NCBI GenBank assembly: GCA_043228905.1
Contig: JBHGNT010000009.1
Location: 3,658,001-3,722,000 of the forward strand
DNA: 64,000 nt
Source: Azolla caroliniana
Lineage: Eukaryota > Plantae > Polypodiophyta
Reading direction: 5' to 3'
The position numbers were made by a program, and so were the translations under genes. The notes beneath the pieces are model-generated. The model did not search any database, was not told the DNA's origin, and saw nothing but the letters and a program-made list of their open reading frames with translations. Positions 51,201-63,072 of the stretch are shown piece after piece. How positions within the stretch are numbered: the stretch's first letter is position 1; every line of letters starts with the position of its first letter.

Positions 51201-52964
51201 TTTGTTATTACATTGGCAAAGCTTTTATGAATTGCAATCGTCCGGTCCGGTCTACCTTAGGCATAACTTCATTCAAATGGAGAAATGGATATATTGCAAA
51301 GTTGTCATGTCTTGCATATGAGACCATATAGCATGGTAATTGCTAAGAATATGAAATCTTATCCTAGTTGTCCGAAAAGTGATTATTATTTTTTGGTTTC
51401 CCAACATGGCATCTTCTACTTTACCCAAGTCCAAGCAATGATTAGTAGCTTAAGAGTAATTGAGAATCACTCTTCACCGTCCTCTCTACAATAGGATACA
51501 TTTTGACCCCAAAGATGGTCTTACTACAATAGGATACATTTTGACCCCAAAGATGGTCTTAGAAAAGGGAAATGACTTTGGTCCAAGTAAAAACATGATC
51601 TTGATGCAACATACATAGAAGCCACACAAGTATCCTTCCCAATACACTTAATAATAATAATAATAATAATGCAAGAACTTGGACTTCAATTTATAACTCA
51701 TGATCATCACTCTCAATTATTGATACAAGTCTTAATAACGACAATGGTAGTGACAAAGTTCAAGTCGTTTTCTCTTGTTCTCTTCCTTCTTAGTCATTGT
51801 TTCTCTTTCTCTCTTCTTGGGTTGACAATCGCCTCCCCATTACATGCAATTCCTCATCCACAACATGTTGCACCAACATCCATTAGGACCATCCAATGCT
51901 TTGTTTTTATGAAACAATTAGATAATTCCTCTCATTCGTTCTAGCTCTGAGATGGTTGTTCACTACATAGGGAAGGCACCCTCTGAGGGACAACATTGTA
52001 TGTTGGTCACCCAAAACGCACACAAACTATTTGCACATTAATATTGGTACGAGTTTCCTCTAGTTTTGCCATGCTCAAGCATAGTCACCATCTTTCAACT
52101 TCCATCAAGGTACACTCCCACTCAACCCTTTTACAAAATATTACAATTAGTTAATGGTGCACTCCACAAGGGGGATCCCACTAGCGTTCCGTGTTGGGAT
52201 GCTTTAAGCGTTCTTTAAGACTATTGTTCGATGCTCAAGCTTCTTTTTAGATATTACAATGCTCAAAAGCAAATGCAAGATCATCTTAAAAAACAATCGC
52301 CAACTATAGCATCATCCCATGTAGTATCTATCTGAATTTGATAAGATTCTTAAGCTCATCAATATAAATTGGATGAGAACATTGCTTGAAATTGGCATGT
52401 CTCATTTTTTTGTTGTGTTTTCAATTAATATCCCCAAATCATGCTTAGGATTGACAGGTAAATACCAAAAAATCTTGCAGTGCTAGAACCTGCCTTTTTA
52501 GTGGTGCAAACTAACTAGACTAACTTGTGGATTATATGTTGAATATCAATGAGGATGGAACCTGATAATCAATTGGATTTGATTGGGGAACCCCAAAGCT
52601 AATGGTTGAGTTCAAGAAAAAATCCTTAGTTATCTTAGGGTCTTGTAGTGCCACATGGGAACTTGATGGAATGCATGTGAAGTCATCACTCTTTGCGTTC
52701 TTGATTAACCGCTTGCAATTATTGGCAAACTTGATTAGGGTGTTGAACATGTTGTAACAAGGATGCCTTGCCCTCCTTGCTACAATATCCTCCATTCATG
52801 TAGAAATACAAGTATAGAAAATGAATAACTTAGGCATATAACACATCAGAACATGGTAAAAGATTCTAGTTCAAATTGTCATGAACTTGCAAAAAGAACG
52901 TTAGAAATCTACGAACATAATTACTAGAAATTATATTGAAAGACATGATATATACCCGTAGGAG

Positions 52965-53290
52965 TGTACGGGGCAGTGTAAGGGTGGAACACGATAATGT
53001 GGGGGATGTGTATGTGTAATGTTTATGAATGTGTGAGGATGAGTATGTGTATGAACACATGCACATTTAGGTGCATGTGTAACGGTTTTATTTGTAACGG
53101 TCATATTATGTAATCGTTACATTATGTACTATATAAACCCCCTATGGGGCATGTAATGCAATATAGACATTTTTCCCTCTCACATTTTGTGTCATTCTTT
53201 GTTTCTCTCTCTCCTTCTCTCTTTCTCTCTCACGTAACCCCCTTGGGAGGGGGGTGGAGCCATCCTTGGCTTCACCCCCACCCATTAACA
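52965..53290 (+). mobile_element. Possible small solo LTR within highly decayed copia-like sequence
   Basis: TG..CA ends, TATATAAA near 53130, CT-rich U5-like stretch; flanks AGGAG/AGGGA match only imperfectly. Confidence 0.35.
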
Positions 53291-53849
53291 AGGGAAACTC
53301 AACAAAAGAGTTTCAGAATTGACATTGGGGCAAAAATGTTCAACATGAACATGGTACCTACACTTCAAGGTCTTGACTTGTAGTTGAAGGATCATGTTTG
53401 CACCACTTTGAAGGATGAGATTACAACAACTATCGCTAATGTACGTAGTTTTTGGAATCTTTCTCACTTGCTCAAGTTGTATCTCTCACAACAATAAATT
53501 TGCATGTTCAAACTTTGGTTTGTTGGACTAGATTATGCATCCATGTAATGAAAATCTTTGTAGGCATGGGTATTATATGCATATGAATGTCACACCTATT
53601 GTCTATTCTTCTGTGAAATTCCTCTATGAATGAAAATCTCTTTAATACTTTGATTTGAGTCATCTAATTAATAACCTTCGCAACTCCAATTTGACAAAGT
53701 AATCATTAAGGAAGGTGGAAAAACTAGCAAGAGATGATGAGAACTAGATCATGTCAAGTCACCCCCATCTTTTTACAGTTGAGTATAGTACTCACTTGGT
53801 TGTCACACTTATTGCCCATTATTTTGCGAAATTACTTTGATGTGAATAA

Positions 53850-54298
53850 TATCCTTAAAAATATGCTCTGGTTGTATGGACAACAACCAATCAGTAGGCT
53901 AATGTGGGACCTAGGGGGATGGTTCTGGACCAATCCCGTGATGGATCCATTGCAAAAAGCTCCATTCTTTCAATACACTGTGAAATTTGGCAAAACTTTA
54001 CTCATGTCTAAGAATATTCTAGCTCGTGCTGCTCAAACGCACAAGAATAAGTGGGGTGTTTCAAGCATTCATTTGAAGGTTTATTGGAAATGGATTTGGT
54101 ATTTCACCGGACCAACCAAATATATTCTCTTCAGATGGCTATTACTACATGAAAGCACTTCCAATAGGTCAGTCATTGAAAGGAGATGTGGCAACCATTC
54201 TTAGACAATGTTGTTATTGCGGTGACATGCAGGAAACTACCAAACATGCTCGTTGGTCCTGCTCACTAGCCCAGCAGGTATGGAATAAAGTTCTTTCG
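53850..54298 (+). pseudogene. LINE ORF2 3' fragment (zf-RVT region)
   Basis: APFFQYTVKFG, FRWLLLHES and CCYCG..ETTKH..C are homologous to the LINE at 39296-39900. Confidence 0.65.
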
Positions 54299-54994
54299 TG
54301 TTGAGATATCAAGCTCAACTAGATTTAGTTAGTTAGTCAACACACATAACTTAGTAGTTACATAGATAGAATCTAGTTAGTGTATTGACCTTAAAGCCTT
54401 AAATAGGATTTTGTACTTGAGTGGGATACATTGTACTTCCTCCACTCCCATGATCATTTAATATGGGACTTACACCTTTGTACCTATATTCTACTCACAC
54501 ATGTGCACCTTTGCACATGAGATGTATATATACCTCATTGTGGGTATTTTTGTATTTGATGATACTTTTTAATATACACTCTCGTTAATCATCCCCCATT
54601 TATATTATTGTTCATAAGTGTAACTTCCTCTCTCTCTTCCTCTCACACACATATGCACACATATCACATAATCTTCCGCCACTTAACTTAATAACATAAT
54701 TAGGTACTAATTAACCCTTGCTTAATTACCTAATTCTTGACAAGGTATTAGAGCGCGTGGTTTAGAAAATCCACTAAGCCCACTTGACTCCGTGATTGTG
54801 TGTTCAAGATGCCGACGACAAATCTAGCTATCAACTACTGTAATGCCACTACGTAGCACGTGTACATGACCATAGGAAGAAAAGACAAAAAGGAATACAT
54901 TACAACAACATGAACACACAAATGGGTAGCTCGCTTTCTAGTGAAAAGCTAGACCAAAGGAATTATTTATCTTGGGAGTACAAGATGAACCAAT

Positions 54995-55587
54995 TGTTGG
55001 GAATATATTCCTCCCGTGGGAGGAGCCGACTGTCTGAAAGTAGTCGACAGTCGAAGACAAGGAAGAGCCAATTGTTTAGAAGTAGCCGACAGTCGAAGAC
55101 AAGGAAGAGCCGATTGTTCGGGCCGAGGAGAGCCAACAATCAAAGAGTTAACAAATAGGGAGTCGGCTTATTAACTGTAGACTATTATTATTATAGTTAT
55201 AATAATAGTATTGATGTGTAGTAGGGGCTACAGTTGTAACTAGCCCATATGATGTATTAGTATAAATATGCGTGGGGCAAATGTATAGTTGTGATCCTCT
55301 ATTGTAGAGAACGATAGAGAAGAGTGAGAACGGGGGGAGAGACTGTGTGAGCGGTGCCATAGCCGTGTTCTGTAAGAGCCCTGCGTGGTTGACACACTCA
55401 GATCAGAGAGTGTTGTACTCTAATCTCGTCCTTGTATATCCATTATATATAGTGAAGCTCCGTTCTTCGTGGTTTTCTCCCGCTTTAGGTTTTCCACGTA
55501 AAATTAGTGCACATTGTCTTCTGTGTTTCCCAACTATGTATTTCATCGCGTTCCTTTTATTGTGGATTGATGATTTGTTTCTCGATA
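54995..55587 (+). mobile_element. Solo LTR inserted in the copia gag
   Basis: TGTTGGG start; TSD CCAAT (54990-54994, 55588-55592); gag reads MNQ|YLV across it; U5-like GGTTTTCCACGTAAAA. Confidence 0.85.
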
Positions 55588-56896
55588 CCAATACCTTGTC
55601 AGCCAAGGGTATTGGAGCTAAATCAATGCCGCACTCAAAAACTAACCCAACATCACAAACGCCAACTACCCAACGTGGGAGCAAGGAGAGAGTTGGGCAA
55701 TGTATTGCTTGGCAACATGTGTCTATGACCACATTCTTAGCCACATTCAAGACACCAAGATGCCTAAAGAGGCGTGGGAGAACTTGAATAAGATGTTTGC
55801 CACCAACACGACCGCCCGAAAGCTTCAACACCGACAAAAGTTTAACAACATTCGGCAAAAAGATATGTCTATGTCGAACTACACCACCAAGATAAAGAGC
55901 ATTTGCGACTCGCTTGGCTCCATCAACATAAACGTCGATGAAGACGAGATGGTTCAAGTATGCTTGGGTAGCCTCGCACAACAATTCGACTCGCTAAGGA
56001 CGGTTATCCTAGCAAGAGAAAACCCTCCGATCTTCGACCTCCAATCAATGTTATTGGTGAAAGAGAACCACGTCTGAACAAAAACCAAGATGTCGGAAGG
56101 ATAAATGTTCTTCTCGAATTCAGATGGTGGCCAACGACGAGGTCAAGGCGGTAGAAGTGGTCAATTCGACCCATCTCACACTCTCTCTTCTTGGCCACGT
56201 ACCAGAGGACGTGCGGTTTAGTGGGGGTGGATGTCGTGAAGATTTTCGGCAACGGTGTGAAAATTGCATGGAATGTACAAAATTAAGTGTGGTTCTTCAC
56301 ACACAATATAAAACAATAATAGTGAAGATACTATTTTATATTAGTTTAATATCTTGGTACAAAAATATGGATGTCTTCAAGAGCTTCCGAATACACTTTA
56401 CTACATTTGAAACAGACAACTAAATGTCAAGTTATGTGAGTGTGAAGTTTGAGAAGAAGAAGAGTAAAACAAAATTGTGAGATATCCCACATAGATAGGA
56501 GAAATCAAGATCCCACAGTATATAACCAGAGCCAGAACTTCTTACATTTTTTCTATGTGTGGAGCTTAGAATGTTCAAGGTGACTTGGGCTAAACTATTC
56601 GGATGGATGGATGGATGTGGCTTAACTACTCATAATGGTTTTGGAGAACCGGACGGCGACGGAACCGAAACCGGATCGGACTGGTCGGGACCGGACAGAC
56701 GCATCGGTCGGGTCGGTCAAATAGGTTGATCGCGATGCACGGTGTCGTGAAGATTTTTCAATGTGAAACGAACAAAATTGTCTAATGGTTCCATCGGTTC
56801 ATTGGAGGTCAACTGAAGGTGTAATATGCAGTTAAACATTTGTAAATGCAAGACTAAAGCCTTACAAAATTTTGAGTTTACGGGGGTGTAAGTACG

Positions 56897-56949
56897 AATT
56901 TGAACCTTGCACCTCTTAAATAAGAGCCACATGACTTACCACTAAGCTA
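56897..56949 (-). promoter_or_regulatory. tRNA-type A/B box cassette in U3 of LTR E (second copy 60501-60553)
   Basis: Minus strand TAGCTTAGTGG ... GGTTCAAATT; T8-to-T54 equivalent spacing 45 nt. Confidence 0.65.
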
Positions 56950-57454
56950 AGTCATGACTTTAGGGTTATAGATCATTGTACTTTTCATATGGAAAATCTC
57001 ATACATGAGAGCTTGGATGAGTGACATGGCAAACATGCGTCGCATGCATTTCATGCATTACGTGCATGTCTTGCACCCTCGCATGCATCATATGCATGGG
57101 GGCATCTATAAAAGAATGGAGGAATCAAGCAAGAAGGGACTAATGATAACAAGTTAATAATAATTATTAATAATAATAACAATAACAAGTTATCCTAATG
57201 GTGATGTATCTTGTCTCTCAAATCTAAAATCAAAGGTTCAATCTCTATCTCTCTCTTCATCCATCCATTTATCTATATATCTCCAATACTTTCTCGCTTA
57301 CGCTACTAAAACATCTCATCCTTCCAGTCCAGGACCCTGGTGGTCTCGCTTCATTTCGCGAACAGAGGAGGATTTCCTCGACATCTTAAGTGGTGAACCC
57401 GACGTGAAAGAGGTGGTAGGAAGGATCAAGTCAAGGATCAACCGATGCTTGGAG

Positions 57455-59656
57455 ATGGCATCCTCAAGCAATCAAGCGGGAGAGTTCGAAAAGATGATGC
57501 TAATCGTCGGACAAATGATGAGATTTCGGGACAACGATGCGAGCGTAGAGAAAGTCGTTGACCGTGTCGTGGAGATCGAGGGTCAATTTGATGGAAGGAA
57601 CATTACGAAGTTCCTGGATGTATACAAAAGGGAGATGAATCAAAGGGACATGTCTAAAGCACGTCAAATCTCGAGTTTCAAGCGAGTTGCCGCCAACAAC
57701 ATCCAAAGGCGGGTCATCAAGCTTCAAGAAAGGAAGACAACGTGGTCAGAGTTTGAAAGAGCAATATTAGCGGAGTTTGCGATGGAGGATTTTTCGAGGA
57801 CAACTCGACATGAATTGATGAAGTGGATAGAAAAGAAAAATAAGAAGATGAGCACCTCGAGGGTATACAACGAGTTCAACCAGATGTTTAGTCGTCTCCC
57901 TGCCACGGACCAAGTGCTACTTGAGGAGGACAAGACTTCATACTTCCTGAAAGTTGTGGATATAAAGGATAGACGAGAATTGGGGACTCTCCTCGAAGAT
58001 GATTCCCAAGCAAATGGGCTTGTGGCAGACTAGGTTGCGGTGAAGCGAGCGTGCAACAAGATCAATAGGCGTTGTCAATGGCTTGATGATATTGACTTGG
58101 CAAGGACAAGAGTAGAAAAAACAAGACCACCTAAAGAAGTTGAGCCGCCTAAACAACACAACCTACATGAAAAGAAGATTGATGATGACTCGAGGATGGA
58201 GAAGGCCACTTCGAGGGAGGATGAATGTTTTGGAACATGTGTCATGTTCGAAACATCGAATGATGAAGGAGAAAGCCTAATCGAAGCTTGTGTCAATGGA
58301 GATAAAGAGTGTGAGGCTTGCGTAATTGAGGATCTAGCCGCTAAATATGACATCAAGGAGGTGACTATGAACACGACAACAAGCATCGACAACGACCATG
58401 GCCAGATTTTCTCCGCACTTGTTCTAGAGACTTGGCCAGTTGTGTCCAAGAACCAACGTGAGACCCAAGAGATGGAAGGTGTCGACGAGGAGCCGAAGGT
58501 CGAAACGAATACATGCGACGAAGAGAGAAACATAATCGAAGTTTGCTCGATCAAGAGGTTCAATGGGTACGAGGCCGATGAAATTGAAGAGATGGCCACG
58601 AAAAATGACATCGAGTCAAAGGTGGCTATGGAAGAATTAATGGTTAATGGCCACGTCGAGAATTCCTTCACACAAGTTTTAGAGACTTGGGCAATTGTAG
58701 AGAGCCAACATGAGACCCAACAGATGGAAGATGGTAGTAAGGGGAAGGACCAAGATGGTGTGCACAACATTGAGGCGAAGATAGATATGGACGAGTCGAT
58801 GGTGAATGATGGCAGTGACACGACTTTCCCCACATTGGTTCCAGAGACTTGGGCAGTTGCGTCCGAGAACCAACATAAGACCCAAGAGAAGGAAAGTGGC
58901 AACAAGGAGGAGTTCAAATCTGATGTGAAAGATGACATCAAGACAAAGGTTTTGAAGGCAATTGACCAAAGACAAATGGATTCCTTCGCACATGTTCTAG
59001 AGACTTGGGCAGTTGTGGTTCAAAGCCAACGTGAGACCCAAGAGACAGAAGATGATGACGGGTAAGCGAAGGTCCAAGTTGCTGCAAATAACAATGTTGG
59101 GGAGTGGCCGACAAACATATATGGATCTCTCCACACTCGTTCTGGAGACTTGGGCATTAACTGATGTAAGAAAAAAGATAAGGACAATGACAACGAAGAT
59201 GTAAGGGTTGACATTGAATTGTGGGAAGAAGAGGTCAAGCAAAGTATAGAGACAAAAGTTGGTGCGTACAACAAAGAGTCTGAGCAAAGTATGACAAGGG
59301 ATGATGAGTGCCAAGCGAGCCATCAAGATCCGAAGGATGTGATCAACACATCTAGCAAAGACGCTAATGTGAAGATTGTCAACTCTAACATGAGATTGTA
59401 TCATGAAACTGGACAAAGTGAGAAATATAGAGCATGGTCGCGTAAGGATCTCAAAGTGGGCATGCACTTCAAGGTACTGCATGGGGTAGTTAATGTCATT
59501 ATTCAGATAAAGGCTTGGGGAGAAAGACACAAAACAAAAATGTGTGACAGGTCAAAGTGCCTTGAGCAAGGAGACAATCGGGACAAAGGTGGAACATGCA
59601 TAAAACCTAAACAATTATGTCTGGAAGGAGAACAAGGGGCCATGACAACCCCATGA
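57455..59656 (+). pseudogene. gag: Gag capsid-like domain fused to an acidic region with five VLETWA repeats
   Basis: 57404-58033 and 58040-59065 are in frame, separated by one TAG at a conserved Trp. N-terminus is homologous to C and D Gag; later stops and frameshift. Confidence 0.8.
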
Positions 59657-61472
59657 AAACTGGTCCTGGTAAAACAAAGAATGAGTGAATGATATGGTGG
59701 ATTGGGTGGTGACATGGTTCAAATGAAGGGAATGGACATGCTCGAAATGGAGGAATCGTACTAATCACCATAGTTGAAATCTCACACTCTCTCTTCTTGG
59801 CACGTACCAGAGGACGTGCGGTTTAGTGGGGGTGGATGTCGTGAAGATTTTCAGCAACGGTGTGAAAATTGCATGGAATGTACAAAATTAAGTGTGGTTC
59901 TTCCCACACAATATAAAACAATAATAGTGAAGATACTATTTTATATTAGTTTAATATCTTGGTACAAAAATATGGATGTCTTCAAGAGCTTCCGAATACA
60001 CTTTACTACATTTGAAACGGACAACTAAATGTCAAGTTATGTGAGTGTGAAGTTTAAGAAGAAGAAGAGAAAAACATAATTGTGATATATCACACATAGA
60101 TAAGAGAAATCAAGATCCCACAGTATATAACCAGAGCCAGAACTTCTTACATTTTTTCTATGTGTGGAGCTTAGAATGTTCAAGGTGACTTGGGCTAAAC
60201 TATTCGGATGGATGGATGGATGTGGCTTAACTACTCATAATGGTTTTGGAGAACAGGACGGCGACAGAACCAAAACCGGATCGGACTGGTCGGAACCGGA
60301 CAGACGCATCGGTCAGGTCAGTCAAATAGGTTGATCGCGACGCACGGTGTCTTGAAGATTTTTCGATGTGAAACGAACAAAATTGTCTAACGGTTCCATC
60401 GGTTCATTGGAGGTCAACTGAAGGTGTAATATGCAGTTAAACATTTGTAAATGCAAGACTAAAGCCTTTCAAAATTTTGAGTTTACGAGGTGTAAGTAAG
60501 AATTTGAACCTTGCACCTCTTAAATAAGAGCCACATGACTGACCACTAAGCTAAGTCATGACTTTAGGGTTATACTTTGATCATTGTACTTTTCATATGG
60601 AAAATCTCATACATGAGAGCTTGGATGAGTGACATGGCAAACATGCGTCGCATGCATTTCATGCATTACGTGCATGTCTTGCACCCTCACATGCATCATA
60701 TGCATGGGGGCATCTATAAAAGAATGAAGGAATCAAGCAAGAAGGGACTAATGAAAAAATGGGGAAGAAATTAATAATAATCATAATAACAAGTTATCCT
60801 AATGGTGATGTATCTTGTCTCTCAAATCTAAAATCAAGGGTTTAATCTCAATCTCTCGCTCTCCATCTCAACCTCTCTAAATCTATCTTAAATCTGTTCT
60901 CGCTCAAGCTAGTGCAAACTTCGAATCCTTCCGGTCCAGGACCCCGGCGGTTCCGCCTCATGATCCGCACGTAGTGACAGATTTTTCACGACAATGTGCG
61001 GTTCGTCGACTCAGTGCCTCACATCATATGACGTCACACCAAGAGTGGTTTCGTGACTTACAAACGCCGGATCGACCCGGCTTCATAGAGACGGGAGATG
61101 ACACCACACATCCCATTCGGCACATCAACAATGTCCATTCAGGAAAGAAGGCGAGCAAACTTGCATCAAGAATATCTTGCACGTGCCTACAATAACAAAG
61201 AATTTGGTCTCGATCGGCCAAATCGTGGAGCAAGGCATGCAAGTTCGGTTCAACAACGAAGGATTCTTCATCGAGAAAGATGGCCGACTCATAGCTAAAG
61301 GACGGAGAGATGACCAAATGTTCATTCTTGATCCGAACGAGGTAAAATCGACCATGTATGCCAAATGTCGCAAAACCGAGACGAGCATCGAGTTGTGGCA
61401 CAAGAGAATCGGTCACATCAACCTCCAACGGCTCTAAGTTATGCAAACAAAGGGAGATGTCATCGGACTTCC

Positions 61473-62400
61473 GACCTTCGAGTCAACCGAGTATGCGAAG
61501 CATGTCAACTCGGCAAACAACATCGACTCCCACTTCCGAAGGAGAGCTACGTAAGCAAAGGCCTTCTCAATGTCTTACATTTGGATGTATGGGGACCAGC
61601 TCAAACACCGAAGATTGGCGGATGCCGATACTATGTCACCTTCATCGACAACTACTCGCGCTACACATGGATCTTCCCAATGAAGAAGAAGAGTGAAGTG
61701 CTCTCCCACTTTCAAAAGCTCAAGAGCCAAGTCGAAAAAGAAACCGGTCAGCACATTCAATGCCTACGATAGGATGGAGGCAAGAAGTACTTCTCCGACG
61801 AATTCATCTCCTACCTCTAGGGTGAAGGCATCCGGAAAGAATTCTCATGCCAACACACACCCCAACAAAATAGAGAATCGGTACATACTCAAGGTAGCAT
61901 GTGCCATGATGCATGAGAAGCACATGCCGAAGACCTTCGAGTCGACCGAGTATGCGAAGCATGTCAACTCGGCAAACAACATCGGCTCCCATTTCCGAAA
62001 GAGAGCTACGTAAGCAAAGGCCTCCTCAACGTCATTCATTCGGATGTATGGGGACCGGCTCAAATGCCGAAGATCGGCGGATGCCGATACTATGTCACCT
62101 TCATCAACGACTACTTGCGCTACACATGGATCTTCCCGATGAAGAAGAAGAGCGAAGTGCTCTCCTACTTTCAAAAGCTCAAGAGCCAAGTCGAAAAATA
62201 AACCGGTCGGCACATTCGATGCCTACGATCGGATGGAGGCAAGGAGTACTTCTCCAATGAATTTATCTCCTACCTCCAAGGTGAAGGCATCCGGAGAGAA
62301 TTCTCATGCTGACACACACCCCAACAAAATGGAGTCGTCAAAAGGAAGAATCGGCACATACTCGAGGTAGCACGCACCATGATGCATGAGAAGCACATGC
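61473..62400 (+). repeat. ~460-bp tandem duplication of the copia integrase core
   Basis: GACCTTCGAGTC..CATGATGCATGAGAAGCACATGC starts at 61473 and again at 61932. Confidence 0.85.
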
Positions 62401-63072
62401 TGAACTTCTATTGGGCCAACGCGGCATCCACAGCCGTCTATCTCATGAATCAATGCACCAATAGTGGAATACTGAGCTAACTCTATACGAGCTCCTTGTC
62501 GGAAGGAAGCCGATCCAGTCGCACCTCAAGGTGTTTGAAAGCATTACGAATGTACGCATCCCGAACGAAAACTGACAAAAGCCCGACACGAAGTCAAAGA
62601 AATGTATCCTCATAGGATACTCATCTGAGAAGAAGGCATACAAGTGCTATAACCCTTCGACTCAAGCGGTTTGGGTGAGTCGAGACGTAGTCTTCGACGA
62701 ATCGGCATCATGGTATGAGCCGATTCGGCTCCACCCGACTTGACCGAAGAAGAGTTGAACGCCAAGCCCTTCACCAAAGGACTATCCAAGCTCTACCGAG
62801 CTAAGTGGACCACACAAGCCTTCAAGCCTTCCAAATGCAACTCAACTAGGGGCTAGATCGAGCAAAGGCAAAGGTAAGATGCCCGAATATGAAGTCAACC
62901 ACCCCGACAACAGTGATTCGGATGTGTCGGCTCCCTCACTAGATAGTGAGTTTGGTTTACCCACCATGCAGGCACCCGGAGTACAAAAGGCGCTCACATC
63001 GGCGAGCAAAAAACTTCGACGCTAATCTAGAGAGAAGAACCTCGTCGCTCCATTCAGCTACAACGAGTATAT

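Larger units (their letters stand above)
56173..60993 (+). mobile_element. Element E: gag-only non-autonomous Trp-primed element, remnant of a tandem array
   Basis: LTRs 56232-57383 and 59837-60993, each preceded by the same ~60-bp PPT segment. PBS 57391-57408. No pol. Confidence 0.88.
54299..63072 (+). mobile_element. Degenerate Ty1/copia (5' LTR 54299-54742, gag, PR, integrase), multiply interrupted; 3' part not seen in the window
   Basis: TG..CA LTR followed by AGGTATTAGAGC (iMet-type PBS). Gag 54910-56170 is homologous to 36971-37654. PR/IN remnants at 60994-63072 (HMTSH, LWHKRIGH, DVWGP). Confidence 0.88.

Noticed and set aside
56958-56972. Telomeric TTTAGGG repeat
   Set aside because: A single unit inside an LTR, not an array.
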